Assembly: GCA_047635955.1 (NCBI GenBank)
Contig: JBLIGW010000003.1
Location: 1-35,696 of the forward strand
From: Oceanicoccus sp.
GTDB lineage: Bacteria; Patescibacteriota; Gracilibacteria; UBA1369; 2-02-FULL-48-14
DNA length: 35,696 nt
Direction of reading: 5' to 3'
In this document: positions 1 through 10,644 of the stretch, piece by piece
Layout: every line of letters starts with the position of its first letter
Numbering within the stretch: position 1 is the first letter of the stretch
Notes under the pieces: model-generated
The model's database searches: none
What the model was told of the DNA's origin: nothing
The model's input: only the letters and a program-made list of their open reading frames with translations
Translations under genes and position numbers: made by a program

Positions 1-1777
1 CGGTAAAGCTAGAGAACAAACCACTAGTAACAAGCCCACTATCAAAATTAAAACTTGAATCTGAAGCACTAAACACTTCCACAACCCCATCATTATGATT
101 GAACGTTCCTCCTGCCGTATGCGTCCAATCATCGAATAAATACATCGTTGTTGTCGGTGCATTGAAGGTCCCCGCTGAAATAATAACATCATTATTAACC
201 GTTAAGGTTCCTGCACCACTAGCATAAACCCCACCTGAAACAAGAAATTGATCTTCCACCGTCACTGCATTCCCATTTGGATCAAGTGTTCCTGAAGCAA
301 TGGTCAGATCTTGACCTGAAGCATTTAAAGTTAAATCAGAAAGGAGTGTCACGGCTCCACTAGTCTTATTAATCGTGATCAGACCGTCAAAGATAGATTC
401 AGCACCTGTTAAATCAAAATTTTGAGCATTTGTTCCTGTAAACTCAATATGCAAACTACCCCCATCAAAATCAGGGTGAATCAAAAGATTAGAAAGAGGA
501 TGAAGCCTGGAAGTAGTACCTCCTTGCTGCAAACGCCCATCCAAAAGATCAGTTTGATTCGTCACCGTAAGGCTATCACCCAAGGACACAATCACTTGCC
601 AATTAGTAGTTTTATCAATCGTAAGGTTATAAAAAGTTTCATTAGTAGCAACATTAATAGTAGTGTCTTGAGCTCCATCAAAAACAATCGTTCCATTGCT
701 ATGATTATAAGTTCCTCCCGCCGTATGAGTCCAATCATCCTCAAGATACATCGTTGTCGTTGGCGCATTAAACGTCCCACCAGACAAAGTGAAATCTCCA
801 TTAATATCCAAAGTAGCCGCATTTGAAAGGTAAGTCCCTCCCGAAACATTAAATTGATCAACGACAGAAAGAGCATTACCATTAGGATCAAAGCTACCAC
901 TCTGCAAAAGAAAATCCTGGCCTATTGAGTCTAAAGTCAGTGCTGAGAGCATAGTCAATGTACCTCCTGATTTGTTCACTGTGACTGAAGCGTCAATAAG
1001 ACCTTCCGCTCCTGTTAAATCAAAATTTTGATCTCCAGAACCTGTAAATTCGAGCTGCAAAGTATTCGAGTCTATAGTGCTAGCCACCACCACATCCCCT
1101 TGAGGTTTCAAGCGTGAAGTCCCCCCTCCCTCTATCAAACGACCATTCGTAAGTGTAAGCAAATTAACAACAACAGCGCTATCTCCCGAGCTAAGAGAAA
1201 GATAAAAAACACCATCCTTGTTAAGGGTGAAATTATAGAAAGTCTCCGTAGTATTTACGTTCATAGTCGTATCAGAAGCTTCATCAAAAACCACCGTTCC
1301 ATTACTGTGGTTGAAGGTTCCTCCTACTGTGTGAGTCCAATCATCACGAAGGTATATTGTTCCTCCTGCATTAAAGGTCCCCGCAGTCATGATGAAATCA
1401 TCATTGATATTAAAAACTCCATCCGCTGCCATTGTAACGGCTCCAGCAGCGATGTCTAAATCTGTATCTCCTATGAGCAATGTTGTCGCAGCTGCTTGAG
1501 TAACGGTTGAGTTATAACCCGTATTTAAGTCCACCCCAAGCACGCTCCCTGCAAATCCAGCATCAATCGTAGATGCAGTATCTGAAGTTGCATCAAAAGT
1601 AGCAACATCTGCTGAACCAGGACAGCTGTCGGTCGTCCAGTTTGCACAGGTACTCCAATTACTATCCCCACCTTCGTTGTCCCAAGTTATAACTGCTGCA
1701 TCTGCTGACACATTCAGGAAAAATGTGCAGAAAAAGCTCAAACTAAGCACAAAGAAATATCTAAAATTTTTTGGCAT
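1..1777 (-). CDS. Large secreted/surface repeat protein (adhesin-like, probably beta-helical), partial, runs off left edge
   Basis: Not in the ORF track. Manual translation from ATG 1777 gives MPKNFRYFFVLSLSFFCTFFLNVSADAAVITWDNEGGDSNWSTCANW..., open to the edge (>590 aa). Signal peptide, G/T/N/D-rich, motif DDWTHTxGGT(F/Y)NH repeated every 202 aa. Confidence 0.9.
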   Translation of the reverse strand, partial: MPKNFRYFFVLSLSFFCTFFLNVSADAAVITWDNEGGDSNWSTCANWTTDSCPGSADVATFDATSDTASTIDAGFAGSVLGVDLNTGYNSTVTQAAATTLLIGDTDLDIAAGAVTMAADGVFNINDDFIMTAGTFNAGGTIYLRDDWTHTVGGTFNHSNGTVVFDEASDTTMNVNTTETFYNFTLNKDGVFYLSLSSGDSAVVVNLLTLTNGRLIEGGGTSRLKPQGDVVVASTIDSNTLQLEFTGSGDQNFDLTGAEGLIDASVTVNKSGGTLTMLSALTLDSIGQDFLLQSGSFDPNGNALSVVDQFNVSGGTYLSNAATLDINGDFTLSGGTFNAPTTTMYLEDDWTHTAGGTYNHSNGTIVFDGAQDTTINVATNETFYNLTIDKTTNWQVIVSLGDSLTVTNQTDLLDGRLQQGGTTSRLHPLSNLLIHPDFDGGSLHIEFTGTNAQNFDLTGAESIFDGLITINKTSGAVTLLSDLTLNASGQDLTIASGTLDPNGNAVTVEDQFLVSGGVYASGAGTLTVNNDVIISAGTFNAPTTTMYLFDDWTHTAGGTFNHNDGVVEVFSASDSSFNFDSGLVTSGLFSSFT

Positions 1778-1838
1778 GAAAAAAAACTAATAATTCTCTT
1801 AAGATGCTACCGCATTCCCTCAGATATTCAAGACCTTT

Positions 1839-2648
1839 CTAAAATAGATGTCCTAACAATTCAGAGACAGAACTCAAAAATTGTAAATCCTCATCACTAG
1901 CGTTTTCAAGTAAATTACTTGCAAATAATGCTTTCAAAGATCCTTGTGTATCATGAACGGCAGAGAAAAACATTTTTTCCTCCTGAATAAAACTAGGCGC
2001 TCCTGCGCTAGCTAAACGGTTAGCCACGTCAGGAACTTTTAGCTGTAAAGCCTCAGCCTGCGCTTCCGATGACTGATACTGAGCCAATCCATCCATGTTG
2101 AAAATCACATGATCTCCTGGAACCACACGCTGCACTTCGTTCAAAATAGCTGGGACCACTGTCACTGGGTCACCTCCATGTTGAGTCGTAAGCTTAGCTA
2201 CATTATAAAGAGCTACTAAACGGGTATTCATAAATGCCAAGCGTCCATTTTGAACCTTAACAATACCAAGCGTAATTCCTACCGCAGCTTGCGGGTCGGA
2301 CTGAACTAAGTTTTCAAATTTTGCTCGTGATAATTTCAATAAATTACTATGTAGCGTTGCCACCACACTTGCGCCACGCCCTGAATCAGAGAGCAAAGCC
2401 CCTTCTCCAAAAATATCTCCTGCATTCAATTGCGCTAAACGTTTTTGAGTTCCAGCCTCATCACCTAAAGATTTCATCACATTCAAAGTTCCGGACAAGA
2501 CATAATAAAAGTCTTGAGTCCCTTCACCTTCTGCAACAACCGCTGTTCCTGCAGGAGCTTCGATTCGCTCCCATGTTTCTTCACCACCAAAAGTGTCAAA
2601 GATCATTGGATCAGCTAAATTGATAAAATTATTACGAATGTTTTCCAT
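1839..2648 (-). CDS. Cyclic nucleotide-binding domain protein with C-terminal GAF-like segment
   Basis: cNMP-domain motifs (EGE..FYYVLSG, GDIFGEGALL...RGASVVA), no Crp HTH. Start overlaps the pilT stop (TAATG). Confidence 0.8.
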   Translation of the reverse strand: MENIRNNFINLADPMIFDTFGGEETWERIEAPAGTAVVAEGEGTQDFYYVLSGTLNVMKSLGDEAGTQKRLAQLNAGDIFGEGALLSDSGRGASVVATLHSNLLKLSRAKFENLVQSDPQAAVGITLGIVKVQNGRLAFMNTRLVALYNVAKLTTQHGGDPVTVVPAILNEVQRVVPGDHVIFNMDGLAQYQSSEAQAEALQLKVPDVANRLASAGAPSFIQEEKMFFSAVHDTQGSLKALFASNLLENASDEDLQFLSSVSELLGHLF

Positions 2649-3706
2649 TATTCAGTTAGATTAGCGATAAGTTCTGGATCATGAGCACGAGAAAGCATAT
2701 CCCCTTCAGAGATTATATTCCGCTTATACAGGTCAGCCAAAGAAGAATCTAAAGTCAACATTCCATCTTCTCGTCCAATTTGCATCATTGAGTAAATTTG
2801 ATGTGTATTTCCTTCTTTAATACAGTTAGTAATCGCATCGTTTCGAACCAAGACCTCAATAGCCAAAACTCGTCCTGACTTATCTGCTTTTGGAATCAGC
2901 CGTTGTGAGGCCACCCCAAGCAAAGTAGTAGAAAGTTGAGTTCGCACTTGTGACTGTTGATGAGGTGGGAAAACGTCAATCATTCGATCAACCGTTTGCG
3001 CCGCATCTTGCGTATGAAGAGTAGCCAAAACCAAATGTCCCGTTTCAGCCAAAGTAATCGCTGCTGAAATAGTTTCTAGATCACGCATTTCTCCAACCAA
3101 AATCACATCAGGATCTTGACGAAGCGCCGCTCTAATTGCATTCGGAAAAGATTTACTGTGTTGACCCACTTCTCGCTGGGTAACTAAAGCCATTTTTGAG
3201 TTGTGAACAAATTCAATTGGATCTTCAACCGTAATAATATGAGCACGTCGAGTATTATTGATTTCATTCACCATAGCTGCCAAAGTAGTGGACTTACCTG
3301 ACCCAGTAGGGCCTGTAACCACAACCAATCCTTTGTATTTTTCAGTAAAAGTTTTAAGTATCGGCGGTAATCCGAGACTATCCATAGTTGGAATCTCCTC
3401 AGGAATACTTCGGAAAGCAACTGCGGTTCCATCTAATTCCATGTAAGCATTAATACGAAATCGCCCTACCCCTAGGACAGAATAAGAAGTATCCACTTCC
3501 GTGCCTTCGTGTAATTTTGCATATTTCTCTTCACCAAGCACCTGCTTCACTACCTCTTCCATCACGGTCTCCGTGAGCTTTTCTGCATTTTGCATTTCAT
3601 ACAGATCACCATTAGACAAACGAACCACAGGGACCTTCCCCACTTTCAAATGCAAATCTGGTGATTTACTATTTACGACTTCTTTTAAGTAATTATTAAT
3701 ATCCAT
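2648..3706 (-). CDS. pilT: Type IV pilus retraction ATPase PilT
   Basis: Walker A GPTGSGKST, TVEDPIE, AIRAALRQDPDVILVGEMRD, ETGHLVLATLHT. Confidence 0.95.
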   Translation of the reverse strand: MDINNYLKEVVNSKSPDLHLKVGKVPVVRLSNGDLYEMQNAEKLTETVMEEVVKQVLGEEKYAKLHEGTEVDTSYSVLGVGRFRINAYMELDGTAVAFRSIPEEIPTMDSLGLPPILKTFTEKYKGLVVVTGPTGSGKSTTLAAMVNEINNTRRAHIITVEDPIEFVHNSKMALVTQREVGQHSKSFPNAIRAALRQDPDVILVGEMRDLETISAAITLAETGHLVLATLHTQDAAQTVDRMIDVFPPHQQSQVRTQLSTTLLGVASQRLIPKADKSGRVLAIEVLVRNDAITNCIKEGNTHQIYSMMQIGREDGMLTLDSSLADLYKRNIISEGDMLSRAHDPELIANLTE

Positions 3707-3708
3707 AG

Positions 3709-4719
3709 TTATTCGTTAGTTGGGGTAGCAGTAGTAGTTGTTGTAGCAATGTCAGCGCCCTTAACAGGGATGCTTTCAAGTTGTTTCATATAGTTTTCAT
3801 AAGCGGCTGCTTCTGCTGGATCCATTCCTGGAGTCAAACCAAGAGAAGCTATAGCGTCAGCCACAGGCACTCCTTGGCGAACCAAAGTAGCGGCTACCAG
3901 CTTAGGGTCATACCAAACGGCCTGCCCTCTGTTGTAAAGATTTCCAAGATTATCCAAAGACACCAAATCGATCTCAGCTCCTTTCATAGGAACACCAGAA
4001 GGAGCAAGCACCAAACGAATCTCATTCGATCCCATTGCTGCAGCAATCCCTGTCTCTCCAGGACTCATCACGTTCACATCAAGACCCGACAGTTCAATAA
4101 CCTGTCGCATCAAAGTAATAGACCGATCCTCACCATCCATTTTTCTTTCAGGAATAACCACGGTGGTCCCCTTAGGCCATTGCATCTTAATCATATCTTG
4201 AACAATTTCTGTGTTCACCTCAGTCGAGTCATCCATCCCATTAATAAATTCCATTATTGACTGCCCTTTTCCAAGCATTTTTTGCAGTGCTACATCTCCT
4301 CTCATAATCACATTCTTATTTTCAGTTGTCGTAATCAAAGCTTTATTTCGCTCAATAAAGTCATCAAAATCAGGTGCAAGCACCTCCACTTGTTTATCTG
4401 TCACAGCAAGATCTGAATCTGAAAGTGCGCCAAAAATAGTTTCCCCTACCATCGCCTTAAAATAAATTCCCATTCTATCCTGCCACACGGTTGTTTGTCT
4501 CCATGCTGCAAGATCAATAGTTCCTTCAGCCGTTATAAAATCCGATTCAATTCCGTTCCCTTTAATTAAAGTTTCACGCAATGCTTCTCGAACACCTGGC
4601 AGGTCTAAAACTGAATCCTCAATACCTCCTTCTGCAAAAATAGACAAAGGATTAAAAGCTTCTACTCCAGAAGCCTCACCTTCTGGCCGACTTGGCAATG
4701 ATGGAGGGGTATTAGTCAT
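3709..4719 (-). CDS. Hypothetical protein in the pilT operon
   Basis: 336-aa ORF, ends 2 nt before pilT and overlaps the upstream gene; no recognised motif. Confidence 0.75.
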   Translation of the reverse strand: MTNTPPSLPSRPEGEASGVEAFNPLSIFAEGGIEDSVLDLPGVREALRETLIKGNGIESDFITAEGTIDLAAWRQTTVWQDRMGIYFKAMVGETIFGALSDSDLAVTDKQVEVLAPDFDDFIERNKALITTTENKNVIMRGDVALQKMLGKGQSIMEFINGMDDSTEVNTEIVQDMIKMQWPKGTTVVIPERKMDGEDRSITLMRQVIELSGLDVNVMSPGETGIAAAMGSNEIRLVLAPSGVPMKGAEIDLVSLDNLGNLYNRGQAVWYDPKLVAATLVRQGVPVADAIASLGLTPGMDPAEAAAYENYMKQLESIPVKGADIATTTTTATPTNE

Positions 4720-5020
4720 TCTTTTTTGCGTTCTTAGTTATTTCCTCCATTCGGATACTCAAACGTTCCAAACGTTGAAGTCTTCGAGTTGAATTAATTT
4801 GATGCTGACGAAGCCTTTTTTTCTCAATTGCTTCATAACCTTCTTTCTCCTCTTTCAAGGCAAAAACAAGTTCATCCAGCTTTTTCTCATCCAAATCTGA
4901 CAAAACTCCCAACCATTGAGATTCAGAAAGCGCAAGAACGTTTTGCATAGCCTCACTTTGACTGGCAAGGTGAGCCACGTTTTCTAGTTTTTGAACAAAT
5001 TTTTTGTCCGAATTTGGCAT
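4712..5020 (-). CDS. Small hypothetical coiled-coil protein
   Basis: Track ORF 4712..5050; ATG 5020 preferred because the TTG at 5050 overlaps the -10 box. Confidence 0.7.
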   Translation of the reverse strand: MPNSDKKFVQKLENVAHLASQSEAMQNVLALSESQWLGVLSDLDEKKLDELVFALKEEKEGYEAIEKKRLRQHQINSTRRLQRLERLSIRMEEITKNAKKND

Positions 5021-5049
5021 GTACTTAGATTTTTTAAAATCTTCATACA

Positions 5050-5078
5050 ATTATAGCAAATTTCAGGTTAAATTTCAA
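5050..5078 (-). promoter_or_regulatory. Sigma70 promoter for the hypothetical-hypothetical-pilT-cNMP operon
   Basis: TTGAAA-N17-TATAAT with extended -10 TG. Confidence 0.75.
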
Positions 5079-5081
5079 GTT

Positions 5082-6716
<1,635 letters not shown>

Positions 6717-6989
6717 TTATTCAACAATTGCATAAATTTCATCCTCTTCAAGAAGAAGAACCGTTTCACCATCCACTTCTAATTCCGTAGGACCATACTT
6801 CTTGAAAAGTACGATTTGCCCCACTGCTACTTGAGGCACCCCCTCTTTGGCCGCACCCACCGCAAGCACTTCTCCACGTTGAGGTTTGTCCTTAGCTGAC
6901 TCCGTTAAAAGAATACCTGACGCCGTTTGTGAAGGCTCTTCAATTCGCTTCACCACCACGTAACCAGCAAGAGGTTTAATACTCGACAT
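6717..6989 (-). CDS. groS: Co-chaperonin GroES
   Basis: IKPL..., TASGILL mobile loop, directly upstream of groEL. Confidence 0.97.
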   Translation of the reverse strand: MSSIKPLAGYVVVKRIEEPSQTASGILLTESAKDKPQRGEVLAVGAAKEGVPQVAVGQIVLFKKYGPTELEVDGETVLLLEEDEIYAIVE

Positions 6990-7007
6990 AATTTCTAGGT
7001 TATAAAA

Positions 7008-7034
7008 TTAGCACTCACTTATTTGTAGTGCTAA
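7008..7034. promoter_or_regulatory. CIRCE operator (HrcA binding site)
   Basis: TTAGCACTC-N9-TAGTGCTAA, one mismatch to the consensus TTAGCACTC-N9-GAGTGCTAA, immediately upstream of groES. Confidence 0.92.
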
Positions 7035-7061
7035 TTCTATTTCAAACTGAGTGGAAGTCAA
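7034..7061 (-). promoter_or_regulatory. groESL promoter
   Basis: TTGACT-N16-TAGAAT abutting CIRCE. Confidence 0.7.
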
Positions 7062-7129
7062 TATTATTTGATTGCGCTGAATCCTTTTGAGACTCAGGGC
7101 ACTGTAGATATTTTGTAGTTTACGGAAGA

Positions 7130-8656
7130 TTATTCAGCAAAAGATTCAAGTCGAAGATCTCTAATTACTTCTACTTTGATCTTACCAGGATATTGAAGTT
7201 GTTTTTCAATTTTTCGAGCAATGGAATGTGAAAGTTTGATAGCTTGCAGATCATCTACATTTTCTGGGTCTACAAAGACTCGTAATTCACGCCCTGCTTG
7301 AACCGCAAAGGCTTGAGTCACTCCAGAGAAATCTTTAGCAAGTGTTTCAATTTCAGTGAGACGCTTAATGAACTGATCTAAGTTTTGTTTATTCGCTCCT
7401 GGCCGAGAAACAGAAATCAAGTTAGCCACTTGAACAATTTTGGCTTCAAGTGTCGTTGCCTCAACGTCCGCTTCATTAGCCTCCACACAGTGAAGTACTT
7501 CTTTGGAAAGACCAAATTTTTTCAAGATGTCTCGTCCGATGAAAGCATGTTTACCTTGAACCTCATGATCAACCGCTTTACCAATGTCATGAAGCAATCC
7601 AGCCTTCTTACATGTATCTACGTTTGCACCAATCAAACCAGCCAACTCAGCAGCTAGGAAAGCCACTTCTCGACTGTGTTTAAGTACATTTTGACCGTAA
7701 GCAATTCTGAATCGAAGACGTCCTAAAATCTTCAAAAGATTAGGTTGAAGCCCAGCCACACCAAGTTCAAAAGAAGCCTTCTCCCCAAGTTCTTTAATGA
7801 GCATGTTCACTTCTTCCTTCACCTTCACGTAAGTTTCTTCAATACGAGCCGGGTGAATTCGTCCATCCTCCACCAAACGTTCAAGTGTGATTTTAGCCAC
7901 ATAACGTCGGATAGGATCAAAACCACTAATAATAATGTTTCCAGGCGTATCGTCTACAATAACATCCACACCCGTTACCGTTTCAAAGGCATTGATGTTT
8001 CGTCCTTCACGTCCAATAATTCGCCCCTTCATATCGTCTGCAGGGAGCGTAACTGAAGTGGTTGTAGATTCAACCGTAGTTTCAGATGCGTAACGTTGAA
8101 TCGCCTCAGCCAAAAGCGTTTTAGCTTTTTCATCAACTTCAGCTCGTACATCCGCTTCGAGCTTTTTAGCGTAATGAACCAAGTCATCTTTGAACTCAGA
8201 TTCGATTTGCTTGAGTAGAAGCTCTTTAGCTTGATCAGGAGTAAGCGCCGCAATTTCTTGCAGTTTTGTTTCCTGTTCAGATAGAGCTTTTTTAGCTTTT
8301 TCTCTATCCAACTTAAGTCCATCAGACTTCTCTTCCAGTTGAGCTTTTAACTTATCAAGCCCTTCTGTTTTTTCATCGAGCGTTTGCTCCTTTTTGAGTA
8401 GTCTTTCTTCCGATTCTTGAAGCTTTCTTCGATTAGCGCGTTCATCTCTTTTTGACTCTTCATGTGCACGGATTGCCTCACTTTTAGCCTTGAGTACGAT
8501 TTCTCCCGCCTTGTTCTTTGCGCTTTGAAGCTCTTTTTCTTGCTTCTGACGTTTCTTTTGCTCTTCTTCTTTAAGTTGTTGAGTTCGGATAAAAAATCCT
8601 GCTCCCCCACCAACTCCCAAAGAAAGTATAAGCAACACCACTTGTAGGATGCCCAT
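7130..8656 (-). CDS. rny: Ribonuclease Y
   Basis: N-terminal TM anchor, coiled coil, KH motif MKGRIIGREGRNI, HD motif LLHDIGKA, C-terminal QAGRELRV and YPGKIKV. Confidence 0.95.
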   Translation of the reverse strand: MGILQVVLLILSLGVGGGAGFFIRTQQLKEEEQKKRQKQEKELQSAKNKAGEIVLKAKSEAIRAHEESKRDERANRRKLQESEERLLKKEQTLDEKTEGLDKLKAQLEEKSDGLKLDREKAKKALSEQETKLQEIAALTPDQAKELLLKQIESEFKDDLVHYAKKLEADVRAEVDEKAKTLLAEAIQRYASETTVESTTTSVTLPADDMKGRIIGREGRNINAFETVTGVDVIVDDTPGNIIISGFDPIRRYVAKITLERLVEDGRIHPARIEETYVKVKEEVNMLIKELGEKASFELGVAGLQPNLLKILGRLRFRIAYGQNVLKHSREVAFLAAELAGLIGANVDTCKKAGLLHDIGKAVDHEVQGKHAFIGRDILKKFGLSKEVLHCVEANEADVEATTLEAKIVQVANLISVSRPGANKQNLDQFIKRLTEIETLAKDFSGVTQAFAVQAGRELRVFVDPENVDDLQAIKLSHSIARKIEKQLQYPGKIKVEVIRDLRLESFAE

Positions 8657-8667
8657 AAAAATGTTTG

Positions 8668-8828
8668 TTATCTCGGACGCAAAAAAACCTTCGGTCTAGA
8701 GCCGAATTTTGTGAGTGAAAGTAGTTTGTTTTCTAGTCTGTTTCTTAGTTTTCATCAAGGTTTTGCACAATAACTGTCCTTTCGCCTATTCAAAGGTTTT
8801 CAGGTCCGAATCGGTAAATAAAAGATCT
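8668..8828 (-). ncRNA. Putative 6S RNA (or structured rny leader)
   Basis: Minus strand folds by eye into a rod: TCGGAC/GTCCGA and AAAACCTTTG/CGAAGGTTTT closing stems, TTGTG/CACAA inner stem, internal bubbles. Position upstream of rny matches known ssrS synteny. Candidate promoter TTGCCA-N18-TACATT just upstream. Confidence 0.45.
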
Positions 8829-8952
8829 GCTTGCAATGTACCCGAGGCTGAGGCCTCTTGGCAAGCATACAAAACGTCAGATCCTTGTCAGAAAAAGTTC
8901 AGTTTTTCATCAAGGTCCATAGTGCAAAGTCGTAGTCCTTAACCCCAAAGCA

Positions 8953-10539
8953 ATGAAACGCATTCTCTCTTTAGTACTCGCCCTCTCCCTACCTGTTCAA
9001 GCTTTAGCTTGCATTCCTGTAGACAACATCCCACTTCATGTTGAAATAATCGCTGCCTACCCACAGCCATTAGAAAATGAAGAAGAATGGATTGAGCTCT
9101 TAAACACAGGAGATAACTCACTAGACCTAAGTCATTACACCCTGGAAGATTCAACCGCCAAGCCAATGACTTTAGACGGAACACTTGCTCCGAATGACAG
9201 CATGCAGATAAGCCCTCTAAGCTTTCAACTCAACAATGGAGGTGATGAACTTGCTCTCTACACTATTGAAGGTGAATTCGTTCACAGCTTCAGCTACGAC
9301 GCCAGTGAATCCGGCCAATCCGTCCCTTTAGACTCAAAATTTGAAACTGAAGACGCACCCGTAGAACTAAGTTCACTGCCTAGCGTATGGCCTGAGTATT
9401 CTGAATCAATTCCAAATCCAGAAGGAACAGACACCACCGAAGAGTGGATTGAGCTTTTCAACCCATATGATTACGCAATTCAAATTGATGGACTGAAACT
9501 AGATGACAATGAAGGCGGAAGCAGCCCCTTTGCCCTAACGGGAAGCATAGAAGCATTTAGCTTTTTACTTATTTCAGTCGAAGACAGTAAAATCAGCCTC
9601 AACAACAGCACCGATGAAATTCGCCTACTTCTGGAAGAAGAAGTACTTTGGAACGTATCCTACACAGATCCTGAAGAGGGACTGAGCTATGCCTTAGTAA
9701 ATGGAGACTACCAATGGACCACCCCCACCCCAGGAGCTAAGAACATAAGCAACACCACGGAAGGTCAAGTTTCTGAAGAAATAGAAATCACGGAAGTAAA
9801 CCCAAACCCAGAAGGGCCTGACGCGGAAAATGAATGGATAGAGCTCACCAATGGAGGCGATCAGAGTGTAGACCTTGGAAATTGGAGTATTGACGATGGA
9901 GAAGGAGGCTCTGATCCTTATATCATCCCTGAAGGAACCATTGTTGAACCAGGAGAAAGCATTATTATTGAAAGAACTGACAGTGAGATCGCGCTCAACA
10001 ATTCAAGAGAAAAAGTCCAACTTTATGACTTCATGGACGAGTTAATGGACGAAATTGAATATGAATCAACGGAAGAAGGTAAATCATATTCAAAAATCGA
10101 AGTCGAAGAAGTGCAAAATCTTCAAGCCAGTAATTCTGCACTTGGGTTCCGAACTAAAACACTTTGGGAATGGACTGAACCAAGCCCTGGTGAGGCTAAC
10201 CCAATCTGGAAAGAGTTTGTTGGCGTAGTTCAAAATTTTGATGGAGACCTACTAACTTTGATCCATCAAAACAGTGAAATGATTTTTGAAGCCTTAGATA
10301 GTAATTTTGGAGAATTAGTTTTTCAACCAGGAAACACCGTAATGATACAAGCCAGCCTAAACCAAATCATCCGGGCTGAACTACTGGAACAAGTCATTCC
10401 CAATCAATCAAAAAAGACCCCCTGGAGCTGGATAGTAATATTAATTTTGGCAAGCGGAATAGCTGCCTATGAATGGTATAAATACAAGAAACAAAATCAT
10501 ATAATGCTTCCCTACTCAAAACTCCTGAATCAAACTTAA
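8953..10539 (+). CDS. Lamin-tail-domain (LTD) repeat surface protein with C-terminal TM anchor
   Basis: Signal peptide, three copies of E-WIEL-N...L-N..D/E..L typical of LTD, C-terminal hydrophobic helix followed by basic residues. Confidence 0.85.
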   Translation: MKRILSLVLALSLPVQALACIPVDNIPLHVEIIAAYPQPLENEEEWIELLNTGDNSLDLSHYTLEDSTAKPMTLDGTLAPNDSMQISPLSFQLNNGGDELALYTIEGEFVHSFSYDASESGQSVPLDSKFETEDAPVELSSLPSVWPEYSESIPNPEGTDTTEEWIELFNPYDYAIQIDGLKLDDNEGGSSPFALTGSIEAFSFLLISVEDSKISLNNSTDEIRLLLEEEVLWNVSYTDPEEGLSYALVNGDYQWTTPTPGAKNISNTTEGQVSEEIEITEVNPNPEGPDAENEWIELTNGGDQSVDLGNWSIDDGEGGSDPYIIPEGTIVEPGESIIIERTDSEIALNNSREKVQLYDFMDELMDEIEYESTEEGKSYSKIEVEEVQNLQASNSALGFRTKTLWEWTEPSPGEANPIWKEFVGVVQNFDGDLLTLIHQNSEMIFEALDSNFGELVFQPGNTVMIQASLNQIIRAELLEQVIPNQSKKTPWSWIVILILASGIAAYEWYKYKKQNHIMLPYSKLLNQT

Positions 10540-10554
10540 ATAAGAAGTACGTGT

Positions 10555-10583
10555 AAGCCCTTGTATTCCAGATACAAGGGCTT
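10555..10583. terminator. Hairpin after the LTD gene
   Basis: Perfect 12-bp inverted repeat AAGCCCTTGTAT/ATACAAGGGCTT with a 5-nt loop; weak U-tract. Confidence 0.5.
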
Positions 10584-10644
10584 GAATTCATGTATTGATT
10601 TTCTCAAGGAAAAGCTTAAACTAATCCTCCTTGACCAAACTCTA

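Noticed and set aside
422-900. Track ORFs 422..826 and 592..900, and the other short ORFs overlapping core genes
   Set aside because: Shadow frames of longer genes that carry clear family motifs.
1779-1787. A9 tract before the surface-protein start as a phase-variation switch
   Set aside because: Outside the CDS and the promoter spacer; such runs are common in AT-rich DNA.
5064-5070. CAGGTTA in the pilT-operon promoter spacer matching the cassette arm motif
   Set aside because: A lone 7-mer without the core or left arm is expected by chance.
8800-8815. SRP RNA (TCAGGTCCG resembles helix 8)
   Set aside because: Lacks the GNRA loop and the following AGCAG symmetric-loop partner.
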